DNA of 64,000 bases from Iphione sp. A-MEVVRFRX5 (Eukaryota), in contig OZ320315.1 in the NCBI GenBank assembly GCA_976226885.1, forward strand, positions 47,926,001-47,990,000, written 5' to 3'. The position numbers and the translations under genes were made by a program. Positions 23,751 to 37,830 of this stretch are shown one piece after another; the first letter of the stretch is position 1, and every line of letters begins with the position of its first letter. The notes beneath the pieces are model-generated. The model did no database searches. It was not told where the DNA came from and was given only the letters and a program-made list of their open reading frames with translations.

Positions 23751-26700
23751 ACCAGTAAGCACGTACATGTATGTCCGGCCTGATTGAATATGACACTCCT
23801 TGCACATCGATCTATTCGCTTGACAGCAGACAGGACGTGCGAACAATGTTTTAGCATAAAAATGATTGTACCTTTGAAAACCTCATGTTAGAGATACAGT
23901 TACTTCCTCGGATGTTTGCCGCTTCACGATTCGATGCAAGTCCTTCCCAATTAATACATAAAAAAACAATAAACCCAATGTGATGTCAATTTAATGCCAG
24001 TGGGTTTCGGAATAAAAACTCTCATTAAGATGACATCAAGTATATCTACAAACAAAGCTAACTATGTAGTATTCTGCAGCTGCACTAATTATTCGTATAA
24101 GCCAGAGAAGGCAAAGGGAAATCCATCAAGAATAGCACTGTTTCACTGAACAATCTTAATTCTGACTTTACTTGAGACATGAATAAAAGGAAAGGGAAGC
24201 ATTCAAAGCCAGTAATGTACTCACAACATGGATTAAGAATAATAATCATGAAGCTATAAGAAGATTTGAAATGAAAGTAGAGTATAAGAGGAGAGAGAAG
24301 CCTTCCGCAAGGACCATACCAGCATTTGAATGTTATTTTATGTGTGACTATTACCATCAGGTGTCCTCTAGAAGGTCATGCATTTCTGCCTATGGCTTAA
24401 AGGGCAGGCTCGACAAAGGTCTCCAAAGCTAGTTATTGAGTATTAGCAGGGCGGAGAAAAGCCTCAAGAGACTCCCAAGCCGTTCAGTGCTGCTCGAATA
24501 TTCATAGCCAGTGGTAAAGAGCTGCTCCGGCTGAGAGCGACGTACGGCGGTGGGAGAAAGAGTCTGTGGTCGAGGGCAATGGGCGCGGCAGGACGAAGGG
24601 CGAGGGTCACCTGTGATGGTGAGTAGGAGTCCACAACCTCTATACCTGCCGGCTCCAGCTAGCATCAGGCAGCTGCAGGCCTGTCACCTGTCCATCCTCC
24701 ACCTTTGCTGTAGGTCGGGTCGCATTCTTTAATTATAGATATACATAGATAGTAGCTTTCATGGAGCTGCAGAAGTCATATAGAATACCGCAGTTTTTCT
24801 TTAGGCGTTCCTGTACTAGGATAGTATGATTAGATTTTTTTTTCTAGATTTTACCATAATCTTCGCATTTGTATTCAGATGCACAACGGTAAAATCCACA
24901 AGTTTAACATTTTCTCACTGCGGAACACCATTTCGTACATCAAAAATATGCTGTTTCATATCAGTGAAGATTAGGGTTTATTAGTTGATGTTAAACCCTG
25001 TGTATTGAACTGTCAGTGATATCTCTTCTTCGAAAACATTTTCGTCATTTTACGGTGAAATATATCAGATCTACATTGTATTAAGTGATAGCAATACCAG
25101 AAGTCAACAAGCATGCGTACAAGTTCTATCGTCAACAGGAGCCCTGAACATGTGGAGCATGTCCGCACCATAAGAAATCAATGTTTGACTGTCAAATACA
25201 TCAGTGTTAACGCTATCGTCAGTCAGAGGACGTCCCTTCTGTATATTTTACATAATGTTCCTGTTATCACTCCTCTAGCATACGTCGCCCGCAATTACTG
25301 CTATTTGTTCAGATCCCCCCCACATCAATTCAGCTATTGTTTCCCTCGATCTTTGTTGACACAGCTTGCTCGGGTTACCGAGTCTACATCCGCTACTCTC
25401 TTTTCTCCCAAGGTGAAAGTCTACGGCAAAGCCATGGGAATAATCTTTATAACAGTATATCAGACATTCAATCAAATTTCTTTTAAAGAAAACAATATCG
25501 ATTTTTAAATGTGTAATTTGCATGTCAAGCTTGTGTAAATCATATATTTCGGGGAAAAACCAACAGAAGGGAGATGTGTAGTTTGGCTTTCAACACTTCC
25601 CGGATCGCTCATAAAGAAAAATCACATTTTGGTTTATCTTAATTCATAATTACTTGTAGATATCGAGTTTAAATGTAATCTATCGTCCATGTTCTTAAGA
25701 GTCGATTCACAATGCGAACATGCAAAGAGCTATGCAGTCCAAAAACAGACCAGACAACACATTACGTGGCTAAAAAGAATCTCAATGGTCTGGCATCATG
25801 AATCATATGCTATTGACTTCAAATGTACTCTACTCGGATAGCTATTTTGACGTAAAATATACCACTATCATTACGACTGATAATTATAAGAGCAAATTAA
25901 GGTACAACAGTGTCATGTACACACGTCTATTATATTTCTTTCATAGTAGTTTACTGGGTCCACCTCCCTCATATTCACTTATATCAATAAACGATACATG
26001 AAGTGAACGACCAGACACTAGCCTGTCATTCCAATGCATTGAGAGCAATGCGTACATACACAAAGCCCAAATGTATTATTATGTAAAGCAGCAGCAATAT
26101 ATCTTAAAACTTGAAAGCATACAGATATGTGCAATATGGTTGAGACAGTTGTACCTACCGTTGATATTAGGTTCCGTGTTCCTACTGTCATAGGCTCGTG
26201 GATACCGACAGGAGAGGTGGAATCATATTATTGATTCTGGCTCGCGCCATACATAGACCATTCTGTGCCTCTAACCGAGAATCACAGCGGCCATTTCCGT
26301 TAATGTGGCCACAGCAGATGGAGCCCAACGACTTGCATATCTCAGAAGATGGCGCAACTATAGAGTCGACATTTCTTCATTGTAACAATTGTCTCGTGCC
26401 TAATTGGGCTATAATCAAATGCGGTGTTGCCGGTACGTGCAAATGGCCTATAGAGCCACCCGGTTCCTGCCCTGCACGGGTCGCGGTCGGCGCATCGACA
26501 CGGGGCCCGCCGGTGTGCATAACACCGCTGATGGTCCTCGCCGAAGGGGCCAGTGACACGCGAACCAGCGGTGGCACGCGAGGCAACTGCGGCACGTGTG
26601 CTGCACAGCGGCCAACCCCACCGTCGGTACGTTTCGGCCTCCGCAGCGTTCCAGAATGCTTTTAAATACAGCTACAGACGATGGCTTCGGCTGCGGAGGA

Positions 26701-29700
26701 GGAGAGGAGGGTGGGAGGTGGGGTGAAAAAGGTTAGGTTCGTTAAGAAGACTGGAAATTTGCGCAAAAAGGAAAACAGACATTTTTTCTTACATCAATTT
26801 TAATTTGTGCTCCTCGTGTGCAAATTTACTAATTAATTACAGGTAAGGCCAGTTGGTATATCTAATGACCTTGTTGGAGCTTCATACTCGAGAGTGCCTT
26901 TCTCTTCCTGTACGCTGTAGACCAAATTCCCGGTAAGCCGGTGCTAGTTATTTATCGACAAGTCTTGCTCGGTTAACCCGACTCGCCTGGACGTCTTTTC
27001 CTAAAGTCTCTCTCCCGGCCTCCTGCTGCCAGCAAAGCTCTTGCCAGACCGGTCCACTTGGTCTTTTCCCTGCTGGCTGTTGACCCCCTCCCCATAGCCG
27101 TCTCCCTGTCGCCATTAGTGGTCATTTGCCATTCCCAACGCAGCGTGTGGCTAGTCGGCTGAGAGGGGCACGGAAGGAGACGAAGGATCCTGACCGCTGG
27201 TCACTGAGCGATGCTACATCAACGCAACACGAATGCTACATTATACATCAGTCGGCGGTCGGCAGGCCATGGAGTCGTAACGCCGCCGGTAACGGCCGCC
27301 CCAGCCGCTGTTGGCCAGCGTCCGGCCCCGCTGGCGTTCGAGCTCCACCGCCGCCCCATGTAAACAAGCAGATGAATGTGTCCGCGGATCAATTCGGCCG
27401 GCGATGAACAGACCGCCAAACTTCTTCCGTTGGCCGCCCGTGAGCAAGCGCCGATAGGTTTAGTGTGTCCCAGTTCACAAGTATTAAACTTGGTCGGGAA
27501 ATTCGGCTGGTTTCTCCTTTCAAACCTCCGAGTCATTCAGAGCATACTATAAGGGCCGGTGTAGAACATGGCCCAGAATTGCCTCCAGTACAAATCGGGT
27601 TCTAGGAGAAAGCCATCGCGCGTGCGGAAAACGTAAGGTACGGACAGCTTGGAACATAACTCAAAATAAACAAATCTACACAAAAATATATACATTGTTA
27701 AGGAAACATTGTAACACAATGTACATGCAAAAACCGGCCCGGTATATTATTGAATGGAGGCTTTTCATTCGTGCCAGACGATCGCGCTTATCACTTGAAA
27801 CCTTCCATCTTGGCCGAAGCCATTTTCTGTCAGTGTTGGAAGCCATACCAAATTGGCAGAGTAGGTCTAGTCCATACCAACACTGCCTACCATACTATTC
27901 CCCGAGGTATGATGTGTTTGCGTGCAATTGCAGATGACGTAGTCCTAAAATATGGAGACAGTTTCTGTGCACATCTTGCAGTGGCGCCACATGCCACACT
28001 GGTCAGGAACTGTTAGAATCGCATTGCTTCTCCATGCCTGTACTTTGTTGTCACGGTGGCCTCCTGACCCTGTGGTGTCTACGTTCACTTTGTTTTCGTT
28101 GAGTATTGCAGCGAAAGTATTTTTGGTGTATGACATACTGTAGCTGGACTATGGTGGACTCGCGTAGCACTGATCGTTCTCTCATTTGTTCACAGTAACA
28201 TCTGCTTATTCCATACTTAATTGCAATATATAACTGTCAATTTATATGGCTTATGAACCAAAAATTCCATCTAATATGGTGAAGTAACAAAATAACATGT
28301 TTTGCCATGGACCAACATAAAACATCCATAACTCTTGGGCATTTTGACCTTTTTTGCCTCAAAGTTTTTTGGTGAAACTAGCTATGGCATTGCATCTACA
28401 GAAAGTCAGTTTCATGTCTAATATGGCCAAGTCTAAAGCTCGCTTGCAATGTACAGTCTTTTAAAGTTTAAAACTGTTTACAACACTAAAGGTCTAGATA
28501 TAGGTATGCGTTTACATGTATGTGTAAATATGCAAAGTAAATACACGTGCAAATATTTGTGCATTGCCTTTCCTAACCTGACTGTTCCGTTACGAATACA
28601 TGTGGTATTATGTCATTATCGCTATCTATCCGATACGATGCATAAGACACTCGTTTGCCGAATCGTTGGTGAATGTATTCTCCCCATCCCACGTTTCCGT
28701 TCATGAACATCAATTCAGTAGGGATCTCCTTTATTCTGTATGTGTTGGAGCCAAAACCCTTAGGGGACCTTCAGTCTCTTTTCCCGGTCTCGCCAGAGGT
28801 AAGAATCACCATCACTGGGGACCCCCATTTGCAAGCAATCCTTGCTACTCATGAGAAATTCAAGACATGTCCTAGCGTTGACAAATTGCATCTGACCATT
28901 GCGCTCTGACAATCACAACGACCGCCCGTCGTTGCAAGCACGGTTAAAAAATATATTCATTCGCATGGTGCAGATGTCGTCACGGGCCAAATCTCATTAC
29001 GCGAATATTTAACGGCCGATCTGCGAAGGACGACCGAAAGAGGGTCGAAATAACAGTCATATTGATCTGGACGGGTTGATGAAAACAACTTCAAAGAGGT
29101 GTCAGCTCATAGGCGAAACAAACCTTTTGGGGGTGCATTGTGGTTGCACTCGGTACAGGGAAATTCCACAAAGGCATCTGGGCGACGTCCACGAGGAAGC
29201 CGAGGATCGGATGGGCTACGTTGATGTCTGAGGGGCGGCCATGGAAGAGGGTGGGATGAAGTAAGGGGCTCACAATATACGGCATCAGTCTCGCCCGTTC
29301 TGCCCAACCTAAGTTGCGACACCATCAAAGGACTTGCCCTTGATCTATCACCCCCGAATCCTCCAACCCCACCGTGCGCTACCATCCATCTTGGACCGAC
29401 CACACCATCGCCTTTAATGCACTAATGTCCCCCCGAAGTCGCATTGTTGAACGGTTATTCCCCGCTTGTCCTTCTTTGTACCGGTTAGCAATCCGGCGCC
29501 GACTGCAAGTCTATCATCCATCAAGGCTGGCCTTCAGGGCTCAGGGGCTGCCGGTCCTACGCCCGACTGTGGACAGCGGGTCCTTCTGACAGCTTCACGG
29601 AGTTGCATATTGAATTATGCTAGAATACTGAGAACCCCAACGCAGAGGAAAGGGAAGAGAATGATTGCCTCGGTGGCGGAAATGTTTCTGAAGGTCAGCG

Positions 29701-30056
29701 TCGAGGGTAAGGTACGAGATGGATAGGGCGTTGTTATGACCCATCCAGTTTTAAAGGAGTGGTCGATGAGAGTTTGTTCCAAATGCATTTCGACCGAATC
29801 TGTCTAAATATGGAGGCAGCCCTCAGAAAACCCCTTAAAACATTTACAGCAAAATAGCTTACAGGTCTCAGAGTTGATTACTTCAGCCACATGGATGGAG
29901 ACAAGTACTGATAATTACAAGTCCTAATCCTGCAACAAAAAGTCATCTCTGCTGAAACAAGTGCAATTTATGATTTCCACGCTGCTGAAACTATATTCCC
30001 TGTTCACTTATAACTCCTAGCCTATATTTTCATGTAGGTTCCAAAGCATTAACATA

Positions 30057-30390
30057 AGGCAAAAAAAATAGGTGTGTTTCTGGTAATGGCCACCCAAAAA
30101 CCTAGGTACGGAGGGGGGCATCTTTTTTTAAAAAATTTTCTTTCCACTTTCTTCCTCTTGTTTTCGATAGTAATAAAAATAATATGAAGAATTTTGACCA
30201 ATTTACAGTTTTTGCTGAATTTCCATGGATTTTATTGCTTTTCTACTGAATTTACAAAAAAATATGTACTATGAAAATACCTATCTACGAAAATTCAGAC
30301 TTGGAAACTCTTTGAGGCCAAAATTTTTTTAGGTAGGGTGAGGTTTTACTAGGGGGGGGGGTTACCAGAAACACACCTATTTTGGGAGGC
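30057..30390. mobile_element. MITE / non-autonomous DNA transposon, copy 1
   Basis: 22-bp perfect terminal inverted repeat: AAAATAGGTGTGTTTCTGGTAA (30065-30086) and TTACCAGAAACACACCTATTTT (30362-30383). AT-rich non-coding interior homologous to 60995-61284. Confidence 0.8.
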
Positions 30391-31674
30391 GTAATTATAA
30401 TGCATGCACTACTTACAAAATTGAGGCTTCATAACAAATCAATTTAATTCATGCTGCAATATGTTTACATGCCATATGTGCCTGACCTTCCTTTTCATAA
30501 AATTGCCTGAGGTATTCACAGATGAACAGTTATGGGTTACGCTCCATACGAAGATCGACCGCAAATCTCCTATTTACACGTGCAACATTTACCACATTCC
30601 TCTCAATAACATGCAACCAAAAAACTCAAACCCAAAGGCCAACATCCAATCAACCTACTTTGACCATCGATACGTCATGTCTTGCCGCTCACATCAGAGC
30701 CGGCCTAGTGGCACTGTTCGCTGCTCTCATTATCGCTCATCCTGACCTGCAACGTCTTCGTCTGTGACCTTCATCGCGACCCTGCCCCTGGCGGAGATGG
30801 GCTGTCCGAGGGAAGCGGGAGGAGGCTAGGAGGAGGTGGTGGTGATGGCTGTGGGAAGTGTGGTGGTTGGGGTAGAAGGGTCGCCGGCCTCACCGTGAAG
30901 CCGAGCCTTATGGCCAATATGGCCGCACTCCGAGCGCATCAAGTCTGAGAAGGCCGGATGAAGAAGGCAACCGGCATATCAACGTCCCGCATGTGCCACC
31001 ATAAATCACCGACTCAAGTCCCGCCCGTCTCCATGATCGGCCCCTTGGTGGCCGTACCTGTGGCTTTGAAGTGACGGATATGCAGGAAAAGGGCGATCAT
31101 TAATAAATGTGAACATCCATACATGCTGGCTCTGTAATGTCTATTCGTACATGTCTAATTGAAGACGTCGTTTCCCTTCGATCTCAGGATAAGACTCATC
31201 TCCTGTTCAGTTTCCAATTAAAGAACGCTGATGTGCTTGGTAGCATTCCAACAGAGCATACTTTTCTGGAGAATGTGGCTCCTTCAGTCACCGGTTTTCC
31301 TCTTAGCGTCCTTTGGTCAATGAAAAGAATGCGATGGCCCAGGGAAACGTTAACTGCGACCTACTCGAGGCGCCCGCTCATTCCGGATGGTGTCTCTCTT
31401 GTTTTTTTTACGGCAGCTAGCGGCAGATCTGGCTGTCTGAGGTACACAGGCGGGTCTGAGAGACGGCACAATGGTTTGAGGCTCACGATGACAAAAATTG
31501 ATAGAACAGGTGTGTGCGAGACACGCACGTGAGAGCAGTCAGTGTGGAATGGGATTGAAATTGGGAACGAATAAGGAAGAGGTTACGGGAAGATTGATAA
31601 AACACTAGCGGATAAACAAAGAAATGAACACCGAGAGCCAATGATTTTGAGAGAATAACAGAAAGATGCGTGGG

Positions 31675-31675
31675 A

Positions 31676-31730
<55 letters not shown>
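31675..31730. repeat. Compound (GT)n(GA)n microsatellite
   Basis: Direct read. Confidence 0.97.
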
Positions 31731-31734
<4 letters not shown>

Positions 31735-34700
31735 ATGGGGAGTGTAGAGGAAAAGAAGGAGGTAGAGTTCACGTGAGACTTTAGTAAGCTCCCACTCGAC
31801 ACTTGGTAGTCCAATTGCGCCACTCCCGGGACCGTGCGATTGCCAGCAATTATAGCTTTTAGAAGATGCCCACTCATTGCGCTGTTCCCCGCAGGGACTC
31901 CGGCCTTCGCGCCAATGATTTTTATGTCCAAGACTTCTAAATTGCGCTCCCTTTGGGTTCAGCTTTTTTCACGTTTAGGCCTTTAACGCACTCAAGATAT
32001 TGTCTTATCATTGTTTTTCTACACAATTCACATTTCATTTTGTCTAATATAACCGGGGGTAACATATATAGTTATCTGGCATACGTGTGCATATAATGTA
32101 TGTACTCTCGATTTTCATTCTAATGAATATGTCTTCCATGGAGTCCGTCTCTACATGATGAAATAATTGGAAATGTTCGGAGCGCAGAAGTTGTGTGCCA
32201 TGTTAGGAATGAATGTTATGCTTTGGATGAGGTCACGGTCATTTTAAGATGGTTACTTTTAATATGCTAACAGATATGTGTATGTATTCTCAACTGTAAA
32301 AATAACAAGGTCACAAACCTAAGTACAGGGAGTGTAAAACATGGGTCAAGGACATGGCAGCTGTTGAGCAACGATTGTCGGTGACGTCGATAGGGGATCG
32401 TCGTGCCATAATCGATGTGTCAGACGCCCACTCGGAGGCATTTGGTTAATACGATTGACGATCACCACTGAAACGCAGCACAGCACACGGTAGATAGATT
32501 ATCTTCATGCAAAAGAGGGTGTCATCCCTCGTTTGATGGCACCAAATCGCATTTACGTGTTTTTGCAGGAGATTATCAATTTTTGTATATGTTCAATATA
32601 AATAATGAAAGTCCCCGGTGTGCGACTACCCGAGACATTAGGTCGAGGTGAGAGAAGGTATGTTCTTGCTGACTGATATTAAATTGTGCGATGTTGACAG
32701 TCATATCACATAGACTCCTATTTCAATATTCAGTCAATTCCATTACCCCTGCGCTATCCGATCCCGCTTTGTTTATTCGCAAGAGAAAAGCGAAGCTGGA
32801 TGCCTTCGACAATGTCCACTTTGTGGGTCTAGTATTGGAGGCTTTATCCTAAATCATTTATGCATTGATTCTCCACAGCAGGAGATGTGACTGCCAAGAT
32901 TAATTGACGACTATTTGACTCCTGTCTTTCTCCCCATCTCCATCTGTAGGTGTTTTCTTCACTTACGTGCCCGCTGGCGCCATCTTGAATTATGTGCTAC
33001 ATTTCCGCCGTCGTCATAGGCCCAGAGAAAACTAAATAGGCTAGACCTCCAGTTACTGCTTAACGCAAGAGACTGGTGCAAAAATGTTTACGGTAACAAG
33101 GCCCGAGTCTCACTGACAACTGCGTACGTGTAGAGACATGTTCCCTAGCTCCTTTAACCAGATGTCCCATTTTTTTATGGAAGCATGTAAATATAACCAG
33201 TTTATGTGAAGCATCTCTTTTCGCGAAGTTAGCAAGATTGGAGAGAAAATTACCTGTTCTATCGACGTGTTAACTCAATCTGCATTTGGTTTCCGATGAA
33301 CGTACGACCAAATCAAGAATATACGACCTTAAATGAAATATATATGTACATGTATGTGTGAAACAGTGTACATTAATTTTCATTTGCGACGAAGCACTGA
33401 AGACAGCATGCATTATATAGGCACCCTTTCTAGCTCTGTCTAGCAGAGGAGACGGGGTTATTTTCCCAGAGTCGATTAGACCAGTCCAGTGAAAACAAGT
33501 GTAATTTCATTTTCAGTGTCATTTGACGCGTTAGGCGATTAAGTATTTAAGGAGATACCATATTCTCAGACCTATAATATTGATTAAGATGGAAATCAAT
33601 AAAATAAATGACAATTATTTGATACCATTCTACCTTCATGCGTTTTGTGGCTATCAGGAAGGAATGGGTAAAACTCTATGTAATATCGATTGGTTTGAGC
33701 CCGATTCTCAGTGGACTGCCTATTCTATTCCGGTCAGCCATTTATATTTAATGGCCAGGGCAGGCCATTGTTGCTGCCACGTAGCTGCGTCGGGCAGAGG
33801 CCTCGGATAGAGAGTGGTATTGGCAGCGTCACTCCATGTTTGGGTGACAGCGTACGGTGCGGCAGAGCGAGAACAAGGGCTGTCATTAGGCTGCTCCGGT
33901 GGCGCTGTCATCACACGCTCGACCATCTCTTCCTGCCCGCACACCACGTCATCTGTACTACAGCGACCCCATGCGCCAGCCTTTTCAAGCGACCTACCGC
34001 TGATGAACGATCTTTGACGTTGAGGCCCGTTTACTGGACGAAGTGAACCTTTTTGGGGGGTCCAGGGGATGGCGCTGCTCTGTGCATCATCCCAGGTCTC
34101 GACGTAGTCGCCCACAGTGATTTACGTATGTACTTCCATGTCGGGGTGTTTTTTTCTTCTTTAACTGACAAATTTCGTCAGAGAAGAAGTCCGGCACGGA
34201 TAGCAGAAAGTTGTCAAGAATACGTAATTGTTTAATGCACATGATTATAGATTATAAGACACCGATTCCAAATTCGGGGACTAGGTAAATATAATAAATC
34301 CGTTTCAATCGAACTTATGCCTACGACCAAATCGGACTTCACTGTCAAATATGTTGTTTTCTGTCAACAAGATAGCTCCTTTTTCCAGATAACATCTGCT
34401 TTTGCTGGCTGCGCGGTCTTACTGATAAGAAGAACTAGCAGCAGTCGGGGGGCGGGGTAGCCCCGTATCTGGGGTCGCCATTCCGGATTGCAAGTGTCTA
34501 TGGCACGACCTGCCTCCTGTGCTGAAGGCAAAGGAGAGAGAAACGTACAGTTTGTTTCTCTCGGAAATGATCGACCCAGTCTGCTGCCGTCGCCGGTATA
34601 GTCTGGGTCTGTATTCAAACCGCTGCCTGAAAGTCCGTGTCGATTTTCCGCTATTTGAAAGATTGTGCCGGATCAGTGAACCCGTTTCCATGATCGGAGT

Positions 34701-37700
34701 TTGAGGAAAACAGCAAATATGGAACAGTCTGATCAGTCTGTGCGGTTATTGGAACACAGAATCCAGATAGAGATCACTGTTTTCTGTTGTGAACACGTTC
34801 ATGTAACGGTGTTGCATAAGATATAGGTGAATATCCATGCCCCTGGTCACAAAGAACATCATTTACAGGACCATCTCCCGTTATAAGGAGTATTCGCCTG
34901 AACAGACGCACGTTCAATTGCTTTTCATGTCAAACAGAAGGATTTGAGGGGAGGGTTTTGTATGCACAGGTCACCCAATCAGTGACAAAGGCAACGGACA
35001 TGGAAAGAGTACACGAGTGCACGCAATCTACTCCGGTAATACCGAGGACGCTCCTTTGCATGTGCAAGCAGATCGGCATCCTGGGCTCGAAACGAACCAT
35101 GTATTACGAGGACATCAGGTAAAAGACATTACCAGTACCCAATCCGTCCTACAGAAATAGCAACTGGGCGCACACGAATGTTTCAGGTAAAACTGCTCGA
35201 AGAGCAGTACAATGCAAGCCGTTTCCTGTTCCGGTTGATGGAATCGTAAATGTGCATTATGATATATACATATATTTCTTTTTGAACTTCCAACCGGTTC
35301 TGTTGTGAAATGTCTGAAAATGTTATACATATACTTTGTACATAGAAATTGGTGGTAAAACAGGAGGTTTGATGGAAGTTAAGATTTCCTTTGTGCTTTT
35401 GTGAACATGCCTTACCTACTCATGCGACTATCGCTCGGGAGACCACCTGTGGACTGGACAGATCTGGTCTCTCTCGCTCTCTAGTCTCCTCTGTGGTGCC
35501 TTTTAATATGAAAATAATTCTTCTGGTTCTAATCAAATTCGATCTCTCTTCCCCCTCCCCCGAGTCTGGTCTCTTCTGTGATCTGGATTAAAACGGTGTT
35601 ACTTTTAACAGTATTGCAATTTATAAATACTAACGGAGAACGTACTTTTATCTAGTCGATCATAAGAACTAAAGCAGACAAGAGGAGCCCCGGCTGAAAG
35701 CTAGCGTTCGTATTTGCGAGGGATTCACAAGAATAATTACAAGTTGCTCACTCCTATGATCGTTGGATATGTTGACCAGCTGTCTACGCATCAGGCGACA
35801 ATGAAGTAATAAAAACCATTTCCACTAAACCTTCTCGGGTATTGTTTCTCCGTCGGACATTAATAGGGCTGCATATGAATAATAATAAATGCAAGGTCTG
35901 CCCCAACCATTTTGTCATCGAAGTATTCACGATGTGAACCCAACATAAACAAGCCCTAATGTCAAATTCCTGTCGATGGCAGGTTAATGTAGGAGACTGT
36001 CACTACTGCGCGTTTGGCTGCTGAGCTCATGGGGAGAGCCTGTCACAGGCCCCAGTTACGTCGGGGCCTGAGGGGCTTTCGTGTGCCACGCGCCGACAGG
36101 GGTCACTTCTCGCAGCTCAAAGATCATTTAAGGTCATTCAGGGTCGCGTAGCGCACCAAGACCAATGGACGCTGACGACCGGCAGGTATTAGACCTCGGA
36201 GAACATCGATAAATCATTCTTTATCTGGTGCATTTTTGTCCACCTGCCAGGAGTGCAATACCAACATCATATCAACACGGACCATGTTTTTTCTGCTGTG
36301 TCTAGAAGGATACCCGAACCATGGTAATTAATGTCACTCTTCGTACGTGTTTCACATTGCAATTCAAATGCACATGTATACATGTATTAGAGTAAATTTT
36401 TTTTAAGATTACAGATGGCATGACCAGATGTATCATTAGTTACGTTTCTTCTCCTCTAAATAATATTCGTGTACACAAATGAATGGTTGTAAGAGCTGCA
36501 TATAGCATCTAATTCCCTCCTGTACTCAGGGCTGGAGGTTTTATTACAGTAGTGTGGGGCTGGGCTTGGCCTTATTTATGTACCGCTGGAAAAGGTCACC
36601 CCAAACATTAAGAGCGTAAACGTTTCACAGCACCTGCCGGATTTAGTTTAGGGAAAGAAATCCACACATGGGAACGTATTCAAAATCGCAAAATCCAATA
36701 CCTAGGTGTGTGAGTATCATAAAACTGCTACTTCATAATAAAAGGATCAGGTAATATAGTGTAGAGTGTCTGATTCCTTTGTCTTGTACAGAACACTATC
36801 TGTAAAAGATATACACTATTCTCACCCAGACAAAAACCTTCGAGAATTCTGCTCGTGGTTTGTTACATCTGGCAAAGTGCTTCTGTGTCATAGCGGATGG
36901 TATGAGTGAAGAATCCGTTTGAGAGGGAGAGACAGAAGGGAGAGAATAACGAGAGGGAGAGATCAGTGGCTGTGCTAACAGGACAAGGAAACAATTGCAG
37001 TAACAATGCGAAATCTGTGAAAGGCAAATACATGCATATGTTCTACCTGAGTGCATATGTCATAGGCTATTCCAGCCATAGGGGCAATGGTCACATGTCA
37101 ATGATGCCGGTGCCCCCGTTTTTTTTACAGAGTAAACTCAATTACATAGCAATAACATCTTATACTTAAGGCGGAAATCAGCATCTTTCATTCATGTAAT
37201 CAAGATAGTACTGAACTAATAAAGGACCATGAGCGTTGCCACGTTCTTTCTCTGGGGTCCTATTTCCACTTTAAAACAGGAGCGCTGTGGAGAATATGGT
37301 GTCTATAAAACAGGCATCCGTACATTAGCCATAGCCAGCCTTCGCCCTACCCTACCACTACGACGGCAGGACCAGCAGGCAAGGCAACAATGCTTTCTAA
37401 AACGACACCATCAATATTTGATGCGGAGCCGACTCGCGTTTTTCTTCGTCAGAGAATTGCTTTAGCTAATTGCATTGAAAGATGCGCAAGTTCTTGCGGT
37501 GATCAATCAGTGACATCTACCTTAGTAACGCGGGCCGCTCGAAAGGGGTGTTGAGGGTGCTCTAGTCAGCCTCCCAAAGCCGGCGTAATACTGTAGAGGT
37601 GTCCGGTATACATTTGCACTAGGTGGCCTAGCGGTACCGTTGGTTACACCCTCAACCAGTCTGCATTGTTCCGTTATCCACTGATTCCCGGCATACGTGA

Positions 37701-37808
37701 GACACCCAACATTTGAACGAGCCAAGTTTCAAAATCTAACGTTTCTAGCAGTTTACAGCGTTATCTTATTTACGTATAGATATAAATATAAACAGCCTAA
37801 GGGATAAA

Positions 37809-37830
37809 GTCTGCAGGTCTGCAGGTCTGC
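37809..37830. repeat. Short GTCTGCAG tandem (2.75 units)
   Basis: gtctgcag gtctgcag gtctgc. Confidence 0.85.

Noticed and set aside
27537-27719. EPDLYWRQF resembling alpha2delta DPSLIWQYF
   Set aside because: Wrong strand, weak match, and no splice context.
29374-29589. FNALMSPRSRIVERLF resembling the Harbinger transposase C-terminal motif
   Set aside because: The conserved Arg spacing is off and there are no upstream DDE motifs or TIRs.
29593-29711. GKRMIASVAEMFLKVS resembling alpha2delta exon 3 (EMFHKKS)
   Set aside because: The phase-0 frame from the acceptor at 29592 hits TGA after 6 codons; the similar peptide is in another frame and needs a 4-aa gap.
32961-32987. ACTTACG...CTGGCGCCATCTTG resembling ProtoRAG terminal-repeat blocks as I recall them
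   Set aside because: No CACTATG heptamer, wrong spacing, no partner repeat and no RAG-like coding sequence. GCCATCTTG is also a common YY1-type motif.
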